NCBI GenBank assembly: GCA_964016885.1
Contig: OZ024742.1
Coordinates: 225,556,001 to 225,620,000 of the forward strand
Source: Eledone cirrhosa
Lineage: Eukaryota
Reading direction: 5' to 3'
DNA: 64,000 nucleotides
A program made the position numbers and the translations under genes. The stretch's first letter is position 1. The number at the start of each line of letters is the position of its first letter. Below are positions 1-13,165 of the stretch, piece after piece. A model generated the notes under the pieces. That model had not been told where the DNA came from. It worked only from the letters and a program-made list of their open reading frames with translations, and searched no databases.

Positions 1-52
1 GTTTGTGAACAAACAAACAAACAAACAGCAACTACAACTTTATATATATAGA
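1..52 (-). mobile_element. 5' end of non-autonomous Helitron-like element (runs off window)
   Basis: Reverse complement begins TCTATATATATAAAGTTGTAGTTGCTGTTTGTTTG, the same start as the copies at 53 and 1033. Confidence 0.6.
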
Positions 53-290
53 TCTATATATATATAAAGTTGCAGTTCCTGTCTGTTTGTTTGTTTGTTC
101 ACAAACTCCTCCTATGGTTTTGGAGATAGACTCCCCATAACCATATATATTCTGAAACTACATTGGATAAGTACATTTCATTTTAATCAAAGGGTTCCCT
201 GGGGACACAAACCCCCGCTTGCCCCTGCTGAAAATTTTCCTTTTCTATTTATATGAAATTTAAACCATAGGTTTATATATGTAAAAGGTA
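53..290 (+). mobile_element. Helitron-like 5' fragment
   Basis: A|TCTATATATATATAAAGTTG followed by (GTTT)n; near-identical to 1033-1250. Confidence 0.6.
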
Positions 291-367
291 AACAGAAATA
301 ACAATGCAATCAGTACAGTATATTGAAGGAATATATTAGGTTAACGGTTGAAATAGCAGGAAGAGGG

Positions 368-403
368 TCTTAATGTTTGGGACGCTAGTCCTTCATCAGA
401 AGA
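368..403 (-). ncRNA. degenerate minimal hammerhead ribozyme in a Penelope-type remnant
   Basis: TCTT-CTGATGA-A-GGAC(TAGC)GTCC-CAAACATT-AAGA; the GAAA box is decayed. Confidence 0.4.
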
Positions 404-517
404 AAGAATGAGAAATAAGATGGATTGAAGGGATGGGTGGGGTGGAATTGGAAAAAATGTCTTTAGATAATAACAGATCCATTCATGTTGACATCTCATA
501 TATATATATATATATAT

Positions 518-860
518 GGAGGCACATGGCTTAGTGGTTAGAGCATTGGCCTTGCAATCGAAAGGTTGTGAGTTCAATTCTCAGACCAGGTGATGTGTTG
601 TTTCCTTGAGCAAGACACTTTATTTTACATTGCTCCAGTTTACTCAGCTGTAGAAATGAGATGCTAGGGACTGAGGTCCCTATCATTCCACTGCAAAGTG
701 GTTGTGGAGGTGCCACGGCAAAAAAGCACCCAGTACTCACTGTAAATGAGGTTGGTGTTAGGAAGGGCATCCAGCTGTAGAAATCAAGCCAGTATCAGTT
801 CCCGTCCCACCCTTGCAAGCAGGGAAAAAGCGGACGTAAAATGAAATGAAATGATGAATG
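518..860 (+). mobile_element. tRNA-derived CORE-SINE with RTE-derived body and tail
   Basis: A box TGGCTTAGTGG, B box GAGTTCAATTC, CORE-like CCTTGAGCAAGACACTT...CAGTTTACTCAGCTGTAGAAATG, tail CCCACCCTTGCAAGCAGGGAAAAAGCGGACGTAAAATG; four further copies in window. Confidence 0.85.
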
Positions 861-876
861 AATATAAACAGTTTAA

Positions 877-1025
877 CCCTTTGGCATTTAAACTGGCTGT
901 ATCTGGCCAGAATTCTCACACCACTTTCTGTTCAAACCAGCTGTAACCTGCCACTCATACCAATGTTAAGGTATTGTTCTCAAAATAAATAATATCAAAA
1001 TCTCATAGATTCGATATTATGTGAA
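877..1025. mobile_element. piggyBac-like MITE end
   Basis: TTAA|CCCTTTGGCATTTAAACTGGCTGTATCTGGCCAGAATTCTC matches the reverse complement of the right end of the MITE at 59208-59428. Confidence 0.55.
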
Positions 1026-1032
1026 AATACAA

Positions 1033-1600
1033 TCTATATATATAAAGTTGTATTCCTGTCTGTTTGTTTGTTAGTTTGTTCACGAACTCCTCCTATGGTT
1101 TTGGAGATAGACCCCCATAACCATATATATTCTGAAACTACATTGCCCAGGGTACTTAGATATTTCATTTTAATCAAAGTGTTCCCTGGGGCACAAAACC
1201 CTGCTGAAAACTTTTCCCTTCGATTTATATGAAATTCAAACCATAGGTAAATGACAAGATATGATGCCTATTCACAAAATTTCAGCAAATTTCAATAATA
1301 ATAAGACACTCTAATGGGGGTTAAACCCCCTATTAGGATTCCCCGGGGTTCAAACCCCCACTGAAAATTTTTTCCCTTTGATTTATATGAAATTTAAACC
1401 ATAGGTAAATGACAAGATATGATGCCTATTGACAAAAGTTTTGAATTGATATTTTGAAAAAAATTATTTACAAGAAACAAAGTAAGAATAAGATTTAATA
1501 ATGTAATTTTGATTTGATATATTACAAAAAATAATGTTTTCCAATTTTTCATGCATTACATTTTACATTGAGTAATATTGAAATGCAGAGTTTTTCTGCA
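1033..1600 (+). mobile_element. Helitron-like non-autonomous element with internal tandem duplication
   Basis: A|TC start, (GTTT)n, homology to 53-290; about 1200-1280 is repeated at about 1359-1440; 3' end not clearly resolved. Confidence 0.55.
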
Positions 1601-1609
1601 TAAATTATA

Positions 1610-1806
1610 TCACTGATTTGGGAAGGGTTCTGGGCATAGGGCACGGTGGTATTGAGGCTGTACTCCACGGACAATGGTCAGCGACTCCCACTGCAACAGC
1701 CACCCCACCTCACGGGGCTCCTTCCTCGGATGGGCCTTTGAAGTTCTGATCTTGCAGAGGAGCTCGGCAGTATGGGCTCCAAGTACACCTGAGGTCTCAA
1801 CGGCAA
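1610..1806 (-). pseudogene. C-terminal fragment of a CRE-clade-like non-LTR retrotransposon ORF
   Basis: AVETSGVLG...EPREVGWLLQ..SLTIVRG resembles the ETxG...EPRE..(W/F)LxQRxS...RGN tail of the restriction-like endonuclease domain. Confidence 0.5.
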
Positions 1807-2477
1807 TAATTAATTTCAATAATACAGTGTGTATTATTATTTTTTTTTCTTCTAAAAGTACATAAATGTTTAGGAAAAGATTGAATGTCTTTAGCCCGGA
1901 TATGTTGGTGGTGGTGGAGCTTAGGGTGGCACATTGTTGGTGATGATGACAGTGGCAATGGTACTGGGGGTTGTCATGATGATAATAGTGGTGGGTGGTG
2001 TTGTGATGCTGGTGGTGATTGGCAGTATTAGTGAAGATGGTGACAGTGGCAGTAGGTGTGGTTGGTATTGATGGTGGTGTTGGTGGTGTTGGTAATGGTG
2101 GCAGTGGAGGGTGTGATGGCGATAGTGTCAGTGTTGTTGTTAATAGTGGCCGTGGCAGTGGTTAACCAGTCTTTTCGCTGCCTGACTGACTTGTGTTGTC
2201 GCAGTGTTGCAATTCTTTTACTTAACCAAGTGACATCATCTACATTGTTAGAGCTGACACATGGATTGATTAAAATGTGTATATATACATATATATATAT
2301 GTATATATATATATATAAAGCAATGTCATTCATTCTATTATGTTTGTGTATACATACTTAACAGAGAGAACTCATATTAAATGATGATGAAAATGCTGAT
2401 GTATATCATCATTTAACACCCGTTCTTCCTCTGTGTGTTTGTGTGTATATATATTTATGTGTGCATGTAAATATATG

Positions 2478-2516
<39 letters not shown>

Positions 2517-2784
2517 ACGTAATGAAGACATAACAAATCATCCTTTTATTATTTTATATAAGACCCGTCCCATCCTTGCAAGCAGGGAAAAGCAGATGTA
2601 AAATGATGAAGATGTTGATATATATGTGTGTGTATGTGTATGTCTGTGTGTGTGTATATATATGTGCATATATATATATGTACATATATGTGTGTGCGTG
2701 TATATATGTATATATGTATATATATGTATATATGTATATATATGTATATATGTATATATATATATGTATATATATGTATATATG

Positions 2785-2815
<31 letters not shown>

Positions 2816-2865
2816 GTATATATGTATATATATGTATATATGTATATATATATATGTGTATATAG

Positions 2866-3302
2866 GAGCTCTTAAGAGTCAATGGCCATCCAAAATCACC
2901 GGGAGAGATGAACCCTTAGCCTTTGTCAAGGCAGAATTCTAGGAGAAGGAAAACTCTGATATAACACCTGCAACTCTGATGGTATCCAATGATGTTGACT
3001 TGTTCTTCTTTTTGGTAAATATCATCTTGGTTAAGAGAGTGGGACTGGCTTTGTGCAGTGCCTTTGTCACTATAAAAGCTTCACGGCACAGGCATTGCTT
3101 TATATCTGGAGATCTCTCTGCACTTGTCATCACATGGTACCATGGGCACTATGTGTCAATAATTGTCACAAGTGTAGTGTTTGTACCAGAGTTTTCAAGT
3201 CGCTGGCTGGACTAAAGTCACATTCGTTCAGTGCATCGGTAGGAGTTCTCCTACATGGATATGAAGTAGTGGCCGTACTCGAAAACGAGTTGGCAGCCAC
3301 CA
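2866..3302 (+). mobile_element. non-autonomous bipartite RTE-like element X (5'UTR-like segment + C2H2 finger remnant + tail ending in (AT)n)
   Basis: GGAGAAGGAAAACTCTGAT motif; decayed [17 protein letters not shown] finger; tail GGCCGTACTCGAAAACGAGTTGGCAGCCACC|ATATAT shared with copies ending at 27222, 28402 and 28606. Confidence 0.6.
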
Positions 3303-3320
3303 TATATATGTATATATGTA

Positions 3321-3351
<31 letters not shown>

Positions 3352-3356
3352 GCATA

Positions 3357-3387
<31 letters not shown>

Positions 3388-3510
3388 GCATATATATATA
3401 TGTATATATATATATGTATATATATATTTGTATATATATATATGTATATATATATGTATATATATATATATGTATATGTATGTATATATATATATATATA
3501 TATGTATATG

Positions 3511-3553
<43 letters not shown>

Positions 3554-3582
3554 ATATATATATATATGTATATATATGTATG

Positions 3583-3631
<49 letters not shown>

Positions 3632-3683
3632 GTATATATATATATGTATATATATATATGTGTATATATATATATGTATATAT

Positions 3684-5941
3684 ACAACGCGATGACCAAA
3701 AACGTGAGGTGTTCAGGATTGCTAGGCAATGCGTCAAGGAAAACCGTGATATTGTCGGGGAGAAGTGTGTACTTAACGATGATGGCATACTTGCCATCAC
3801 CGACACCGATAAGAAGGTAGCTTGGAAGTGTCACTATGAAAGGCTACTAAATGAGGAGAATAAATGGGAGAAAGACAGTCTCCCCCATATCGACCCAATA
3901 GAGGGACCAGCAGTGTTAGTCGAGGGGAGTATAATAAGTAAGGCAATCAAGGATATGAAGACGAGTAAGGCGGCTGGGCATTCGGAAATAGTTGTTGAGA
4001 TGCTGAAGGCATCTGGCACGGTGGGACACACCATGGTCACCCGCATAGTTAACCAAGTCGTACAGAATGGGGTTGTTCCGAAGGACTGGCATAGCAGCAT
4101 CATCGTTAACTGTTATAAGGGTAAAGGAGACGCCCTAGATAGGAGTAACTATAGAGGCATTAAATTAATCGACCAGGTCATGAAGGTCACGGAAAAAGTA
4201 ATAGCGCAACTAATCAGAGAGAGAATTGACCTAGATGAAATGCAGTTCGGGTTTGTGTCAGGCAAAAGCACCACAGACGCTCTTTTCATAGTACGACAAC
4301 TACAGGAGAAGTACCTAGCTAAAGGTAAACCCCTCTACTTAGCTTCTGTCGACCTGGAGAAAGCCATCGACAGAGTCCCTCGCTCCATTATCTGGTGGGC
4401 TCTTAGAAAACTAGGCGTTGACGAATGGCTTGTGAGGGCTATACAAGCCATGTATAAAGAAACAGTCAGCAAGGTTAGAATTAACAATGAATATAGTGAA
4501 GAGTTTAGCGTAAAAGTTGGCGTCCATCAGGGCTCTGTTCTCAGCCCCCTACTATTTATTATTGCCCTTCAGGCTATAACAGAGGAGTTCAAGACAGGCT
4601 GCCCGTGGGAACTCCTATACGCAGACGACCTGACACTCATAGCGGAATCAATGGCCGAGCTAGAGAAGAAATTCCAAACATGGAAGCACGGCCTAGAGTC
4701 AAAAGGACTTAAAATTAACCTGGCTAAGACCAAAGTTCTAGTTTGTAGGAAAGAAAACAAGGCGGCGGTCCCTTCTGGGAAATGGTCGTGCCCGGTGTGT
4801 AGGAAAGGCGTAGGTAGAAACTCCATTTTATGTCCTAAATGCAAAGTATGGGTGCATAAAAGATGTAGTGGGATCACAGGTAAGCTAACTAAGAACATAG
4901 ATTTTACATGTGGCCGGTGTTCTGGTGCAATAAGTAGCAGCAAGTGCCCACAAAATACTAGCTCTTTCAATTGCGCAGAGGGTTCTATAGAAATAGTGGA
5001 CAGCTTCCGTTACCTGGGCGATAAAATCAGCAGTGGGGGAGGGTGCTCTGAAAGTACTGTAGCTAGAGTCAGAACTGGTTGGAAAAAGTTCAGAGAGCTT
5101 ATACCACTATTAGCTGCTAAAGGGTTCTCCCTAAAAATGAAAGGCAGGTTGTACGATGCCTGCATACGAACAGCAATGTTGCATGGCAGTGAGACCTGGG
5201 CATTGTGTGCAGAGGATATACGCAGACTAGAGAGGAACGAAGCTTGCATGCTCCGCTGGATGTGTAACAGTAATATACGTGAACGGCAAAGTATAAACGA
5301 ACTAAGGAAAAAATTAGAGATAAGAGGGATCAGATGTTGTTTACTCGAGAGAAGGCTACGTTGGTATGGACACGTGATGCGCATGAAAGTCGATAGCTGT
5401 ATAACAAAGTGCAGGGCAATAAAGATAGACGGTAGCCACGGAATAGGCAGACCTAGAAAAACCTGGGACGAGCTGATAAACTCCGACCTCACACACTTAC
5501 ACCTCTCCAAGACAATGTCACTGGACCGAGACCTTTGGCGGTACTCAGTAACAGAGAAGACCCGCCTTGCCAGTAGGCATCTCTAACAAAATACACCCCG
5601 TCCCGCCACCACCCCCACCCCATCCACACCACCCCGTTCTATGTAAAGTTATGTTGGTGCCGCGCCATCCAGGCCGAAACAAATGAGATCGTGTAGGTGT
5701 CACGACAAAAAAACACACAGTCCACGCTGTAATGTGGCCGTGTAGGCAACACGGTAAAAACCTCCCAGACCCACACTGTAAATGTGGTTGGTGTTAGGAA
5801 GGGCATCCAACTGTAGAAAACCTGCCAGACAGTCCTATGCGAGCAAGACAATCACTCTTGCCTCAAGTGGGACTACCCCCGTCCAAACCCATGCAAGCGT
5901 GGAACACGGACGTTAAACGTTGATGATGATGATGATGATGA
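3684..5941 (+). mobile_element. 5'-truncated RTE LINE, variant B; RT frame open 3685-5586
   Basis: [54 protein letters not shown]; 3'UTR ends GGACGTTAAACGTT(GAT)n; the first ~123 aa of the tracked ORF are microsatellite. Confidence 0.92.
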
Positions 5942-5973
5942 TATATATGTATATATATGTATATATATATGTG

Positions 5974-6052
<79 letters not shown>

Positions 6053-6168
6053 GTATATATATATGTATATATATATGTATATATATATATGTATATATAT
6101 ATGTATATATATATATGTATATATATATATGTATATATATATATATGTATATATTGTATATATATATG

Positions 6169-6217
<49 letters not shown>

Positions 6218-6443
6218 TGTATATATATATGTATATATATATGTATATATATATATATGTATATATTGTATATATATATGTATATATTGTATATATATAT
6301 GTATATATATATATGTATATATATATGTATATATTGTATATATATATGTATATATATATATGTATATATATATGTATATATTGTATATATATATGTATAT
6401 ATATATATGTATATATATATGTATATATGTATATATATATATG

Positions 6444-6474
<31 letters not shown>

Positions 6475-6610
6475 GTATATATGTATATATATATGTATAT
6501 ATATATATGTATATATATATGTATATATATATGTATATATATATGTATATATATATATATATATGTATATATATGGATATATATATGTATATATATATGT
6601 ATATGTATAT

Positions 6611-6953
6611 GGAGGCACATGGCTTAGTGGTTAGAGCATTGGCCTTGCAATCGAAAGGTTGTGAGTTCAATTCTTAGACCGGGTGATGTGTTGTTTCCCT
6701 GAGCAAGACACTTTATTTCACATTGCTCCAGTTTACTCAGCTGTAGAAATGAGATGATAGGGACTGGGGTCCCTATCATTCCACTGTAAAGTGGTCGTGG
6801 AGGTGCCACGGCAAAAAAGCACCCAGCACTCACTGTAAATGAGGTTGGTGTTAGGAAGGGCATCCAGCTGTAGAAATCAAGCCAAAATCAGTTCCCGTCC
6901 CACCCTTGCAAGCAGGGAAAAAGTGGACGTAAAATGAAATGATGATGAATGAT
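6611..6953 (+). mobile_element. tRNA-CORE-RTE SINE
   Basis: Near-identical to 518-860. Confidence 0.85.
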
Positions 6954-7011
6954 GATATATATGTATATATATGTATATATATGTATATATATATGTATAT
7001 ATATATATATG

Positions 7012-7082
<71 letters not shown>

Positions 7083-7839
7083 GTATATATATATATGTAT
7101 ATATATATATGTGTATATAAATATGTATATATATATGTATATATATATGTATGTATATATATATGTGTATATATATGTGTATATATATGTGTGTATATAT
7201 ATGTGTATATATATGTGTATATATATATGTGTATATATATATGTGTATATATATGTGTGTATATATATGTGTATATATATGTGTGTATATATATGTGTAT
7301 ATATATGTGTATATATATATGTGTATATATATGTATATATATATATATGTATATATATATGTATATATATGTATATATATATGTATATATATGTATATAT
7401 ATATGTGTATATATATGTGTATATATATGTGTATATATATGTGTATATATATATATGTATATATGTGTATATATATATGTATATATATATGTATATGTAT
7501 ATGTATATATATGTGTATATATATATGTATATATATGTATATATATATGTATATGTATATATATATGTATATATATATGTATATATATGTATATATATGT
7601 GTATATATATATGTGTATATATATGTATATATATGTATATATATATGTATATATATATATGTATATATATATATGTATATATATATGTGTATATGTATAT
7701 ATATATGTGTATATATATATGTGTATATGTATATATATATGTATATATATATATATATATATGTATGTAAATATATGTATGTATATATATATATGTATGT
7801 ATATATATATATATGTATGTATATATATATATATGTATG

Positions 7840-7870
<31 letters not shown>

Positions 7871-7875
7871 GTATG

Positions 7876-7906
<31 letters not shown>

Positions 7907-7939
7907 GTATGTATATATATATATATATGTATATGTATG

Positions 7940-7970
<31 letters not shown>

Positions 7971-8007
7971 GTATGTATATATATATATATATGTATATAT
8001 ATGTATG

Positions 8008-8038
<31 letters not shown>

Positions 8039-8107
8039 GTATGTATATATATATATATGTATATATATATGTATGTATATTTATATATATGTATATATAT
8101 ATGTATG

Positions 8108-8142
<35 letters not shown>

Positions 8143-8299
8143 GTATATATATATGTATATATATATATATGTATATATATGTATATATATATATATGTAT
8201 ATATATATATGTATATATATATATGTATATATATATATGTATATATATATATGTATATATATATATGTATATGTATATATAAGTATATATATATATATG

Positions 8300-8500
<201 letters not shown>

Positions 8501-8592
8501 GTATATATATATCAACTACCAAATCAACTTTTTAAATGGAAGTTGTAAGGTATGTCAAATCTATCTATTTATAAGACTGTTTATATTGTATT

Positions 8593-8647
8593 TTGTCTGA
8601 TGAAGGCATACCATATTTTTAATATGATATCCCTGAAATATTTATAA
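8593..8647 (+). ncRNA. candidate minimal hammerhead in Penelope-type remnant (8513-8780)
   Basis: TTGT-CTGATGA-AGG..CATATT(TTT)AATATG..CCT-GAAA-TATTT-ATAA; helix III is weak. Confidence 0.45.
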
Positions 8648-8862
8648 TGAAATAAATATGGTTTTATAAATATAGTTTCCATTTATTTATATCGTAAATA
8701 TACTCCAAATACTTGTTGAGTGCTTTTATATCAGTTATAAATATTTACTCGTAACCCAACAATTTAAATAAAACTTTGCATATACATGTATATATATATA
8801 TATATGTATGTATATATATATATGTATGTATACATATATATATATATATGTATATATATATG

Positions 8863-9131
<269 letters not shown>

Positions 9132-9164
9132 GTATGTATATATATATATATATGTATATATATG

Positions 9165-9224
<60 letters not shown>

Positions 9225-9236
9225 TGTATATATATG

Positions 9237-9466
<230 letters not shown>

Positions 9467-9467
9467 T

Positions 9468-9723
9468 ATGGAGGTGCCACGGCAAAAAAGCACCCAGCCC
9501 ACACTGTAAAGTGGACGTGTAGCCGCCACGAAAAAGCACCCAGCACTCACTGTAAATGAGGTTGGTGTTAGGAAGGGCATCCAGCTGTAGAAATCAAGCC
9601 AGATCAGTTCCTGTATGAGCAAGGCATGGTCAGCCGACCAGACACTGCCCACAACAGGACAACCCGTCTAACCCATGCTAGCGTGGAAGAACGGACGTAA
9701 AACGGTGATGATGATGATGATGA
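9468..9723 (+). mobile_element. RTE variant C 3'UTR fragment
   Basis: Matches the reverse complement of 52853-53108; ends (GAT)n. Confidence 0.85.
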
Positions 9724-9737
9724 TATGTATATATATG

Positions 9738-9884
<147 letters not shown>

Positions 9885-9894
9885 GTATATGTAT

Positions 9895-9953
<59 letters not shown>

Positions 9954-9954
<1 letters not shown>

Positions 9955-10122
9955 CATCATCACCGTTTTACGTCCGTTCTTCCACGCTAGCATGGGTTAG
10001 ACGGGTTGTCCTGTTGTGGGCAGTGTCTGGTCGGCTGACCATGCCTTGCTCATACAGGAACTGATCTGGCTTGATTTCTACAGCTGGATGCCCTTCCTAA
10101 CACCAACCTCATTTACAGTGAG
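9954..10122 (-). mobile_element. RTE variant C 3'UTR fragment, tail-to-tail with the previous one
   Basis: Matches 52860-53033. Confidence 0.85.
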
Positions 10123-10137
10123 TAATGTATATATATA

Positions 10138-10446
10138 TCATCATCATCCTCGTTTAACGTCCACTTTCCACGCTTAGCATGGGTTAGACGGGAGTTGTCC
10201 CGCTTGAGGCAAGGTTGGTCGGGTGACCGTGTCTCGCTCATATAGGACTATCCGGCAGGTTTTCTACGGCTGGATGCCCTTCCTAACACCAACCACATTT
10301 ACAGTGTGGAACTGGGAACTTTTTACCGTGCTACCTACACGGCCACATTACAGCGTGGACTGTGTGTTTTTTTTTCTCGTGACACCTACACGATCTCAAT
10401 CTCATTATCTTATTTATTTGGACTGGATGTTGTGGTACCAACTTTA
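10138..10446 (-). mobile_element. RTE variant B-type 3'UTR fragment
   Basis: Homologous to 5640-5940 and 39022-39330. Confidence 0.8.
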
Positions 10447-10459
10447 TGTATATATATAA

Positions 10460-10508
<49 letters not shown>

Positions 10509-10580
10509 CATATAGATATATATCTACGTATATATATACATATAGATATATATGTATGTATATATATATATATATATATG

Positions 10581-10636
<56 letters not shown>

Positions 10637-10777
10637 CATATAGATATATATCTACGTATATATATACATATAGATATATATGTATGTATATATATATATA
10701 TATATAATGGAAAAATTTGAACAGGGACAAAACAGAGAGGCAGTACAATAAATGTTTATTAATTTCACGAGAGGGGG

Positions 10778-10810
10778 ACGATGTTTCGGGCATAAGCCCT
10801 TCCTCAGGTG
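10778..10810 (-). ncRNA. minimal hammerhead-like motif in Penelope-type remnant (about 10705-11390)
   Basis: AC-CTGAGGA-A-GGGC(TTAT)GCCC-GAAA-CATC-GT; helix I only 2 bp, probable CpG decay in helix III. Confidence 0.5.
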
Positions 10811-11417
10811 AGAAGTGTGTGGGAACAGAGTTCAAAAGGTGTGTAGGGGAGTGGTGGAGAGACATATAGCGAAAGGAAACGGTGCGAATGAAAAAAAACA
10901 AATAAAGATAATAAATAAAAATAAAGCATGATCAAAATACAAGGAATGAGAAAATTTAAAAATAAAGGCATGATCAAAATAAACTGAAATTAAAAGGGGG
11001 GTAAACAGGTGGTGGAAGGGTGGGGAGTGAGTAGGGGTGGTGGCGGGTGGAGTGGGTAGAGGGAGACGGGGTGTCCGAGCGGGGAGGGCTGAAGGTGGTG
11101 TGTGTGTGTAGGTGTGCGTGTGTGTGTGTGTGTGTGTATGTGAAAGTAAGGGTTTTTGGAAAAACGGGGTTGCATGTTCAGGAAGGGGTGTGTGTGGGGG
11201 GTGTTTTTGTGGGTCGGAGTGTCTGTGCGTGTGTGGATAGGGGGGTGGGGGGAGAGGAATCGGGAGGCTGAGGGCGTAAATATGTGGTGGGAAGCACGTG
11301 TGTGTGGGGTTTAAGCGTGTTGTGGGTGTGGGTGGCGTGTGGAGAAAAAAATGTTTTTTTGGGGTGTGTGTGCGGGTGAGTTATATAGGTGATTACACAT
11401 ATAGATATATATGTATG

Positions 11418-11451
<34 letters not shown>

Positions 11452-11490
11452 TGGATATATATATATGGATATATTTATGTATATATATAT

Positions 11491-12099
11491 ATAAGTATGT
11501 ACACGTACATACATATATGTATACAGATGTACAGTAGTATGTATATATATATACATACATGTACACATATATATATGTACGTATGGATTCACCGAACATT
11601 TATTATAATGCTCGATGTGTTTGTAAACAAACATTCCGTATTAAGCCGTAGTGTCTAGCAACCATCGTTGCTCGTTTGTTCAACACTGACAAAGGAACAC
11701 TGTACTAGTTTCAAGCTTATTAGCTATCGTCAGCAATGTATACCTTCCTGCCAGATTGTTGAACGTATATACTTACCTTATGCATATTAACGGCTGAGTA
11801 GCCCAATTTGCATATCGAGTGGGTTAATCGGCCGGGTGCACCGGAAACGATAAACGGAAAAAATGAAACGAAATTTCATTTCCCACTCTTAGTACGGCTG
11901 TTACTTAAATATAAGTATGTACACGTACATACATATATGTATACAGATGTACAGTAGTATGTATATATATATACATACATGCACACATATATATATGTAC
12001 GTATGGATTCACCGAACATTTATTATAATGCTCGGTGTGTTTAAGTAACAGCCGTACTAAGAGTGGGAAATTAAATTTCGTTTCATTTTTTCCGTTTAT
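11491..12099 (-). mobile_element. non-coding hammerhead-bearing Penelope-type/retrozyme element, 420-bp unit, with short inverted arm 12041-12099
   Basis: Sequence at 11491 recurs at 11911; 12041-12099 is the reverse complement of about 11850-11908; second copy at 33090. Confidence 0.75.
11697..11739 (-). ncRNA. type I minimal hammerhead ribozyme
   Basis: ACATTG-CTGACGA-T-AGCT(AATA)AGCT-T-GAAA-CTAGTA^CAGTGT; palindromic helix III ACTAGT, GUA cleavage triplet. Confidence 0.75.
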
Positions 12100-12100
12100 G

Positions 12101-12149
<49 letters not shown>

Positions 12150-12164
12150 GTATATATATATACG

Positions 12165-12196
<32 letters not shown>

Positions 12197-12492
12197 TATA
12201 AAAACAAATAACGAAACAAAATTAAATTTCGTTTCGTTTGTAACTCACTTTTGTATGACTGACGCTTAAACAATTAAGTTAAAAATGTACATCCATATAT
12301 GTATACTGAAATACTAGTATGCATATGAATACACACACGTATACATATGTAGATGTACCAAGTCTTTCACTGGTTACTTTACTGTGAGTATCCAGCTATT
12401 CTGTATGTAAACACACAGACAAACCGGTTTTTAGAGTCATACTGGATTTTGAGGAAACACCTTTCCTCTATTCTCCAGAAAGCCAGACAAGG

Positions 12493-12537
12493 AATATTGA
12501 ACTAGTTTCGTTGTTGTTACAACTCATCAGCAATATT
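12493..12537 (-). ncRNA. type I minimal hammerhead ribozyme
   Basis: AATATTG-CTGATGA-GTTG(TAACAA)CAAC-GAAA-CTAGTT^CAATATT. Confidence 0.85.
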
Positions 12538-12703
12538 TACCTATCTACCGGCCTTTCTGGAAAATCGTAAAAGCACATATCGTTATATGCTTTTTCTATG
12601 AAAATTAGTAGTAGGCAGACTAATTTGCATAGAGTGTGAGTACGTACCGGTTCAACGGAGACGATAAAAACAAATAACGAAACGAAATTAAATTTCATTT
12701 CGT

Positions 12704-12744
12704 TTGCTGATGAGTTGTAACAACAACGAAACTAGTTCAATATT
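12704..12744 (+). ncRNA. hammerhead core with helix I truncated by the inversion junction
   Basis: TTG-CTGATGA-GTTG..CAAC-GAAA-CTAGTT-CAATATT. Confidence 0.7.
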
Positions 12745-13165
12745 CCTTGTCTGGCTTTCTGGAGAATAGAGGAATGGTGTTTCCTAAAAAACCAGTATGA
12801 CTCTAAAAACCGGTTTGTCTGTGTGTCTACATACAGAATAGCTGGATACTCACAGTAAAGTAACCAGTGAAAGACTTGGTACATCTACATATGTATACGT
12901 GTGTGTATTCATATGCATACTAGTATTTCAGTATACATATATGGATGTACATTTTTAACTTAATTGTTTAAGCGTCAGTCATACAAAAGTGAGTTACAAA
13001 CGAAACAAAATTTAATTTCGTTTCGTTATTTGTTTTTATCGTCTCCGTTGAACCGGTACGTACTCACACTCTATGCAAATTAGTCTGCCTACTACTACTT
13101 TTCATAGAAAAAGCATATAACGATATGTGCTTTTACGATTCTCCAGAAAGGCCGGTAGATAGGTA

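Noticed and set aside
518-590. tRNA-like sequence
   Set aside because: It is the head of a multi-copy SINE; no proper acceptor stem or complete cloverleaf
2205-2400. Two possible small exons (VAILLLNQVTSSTLLELTHGLIK at 2205-2276; RELILNDDENAD at 2365-2400)
   Set aside because: Acceptors are plausible but donors are weak, and phases do not link cleanly with each other or with the 42564 exon; left unannotated pending RNA-seq
4569-5510. Antisense ORFs over RTE copies
   Set aside because: Shadow frames of the RT coding strand
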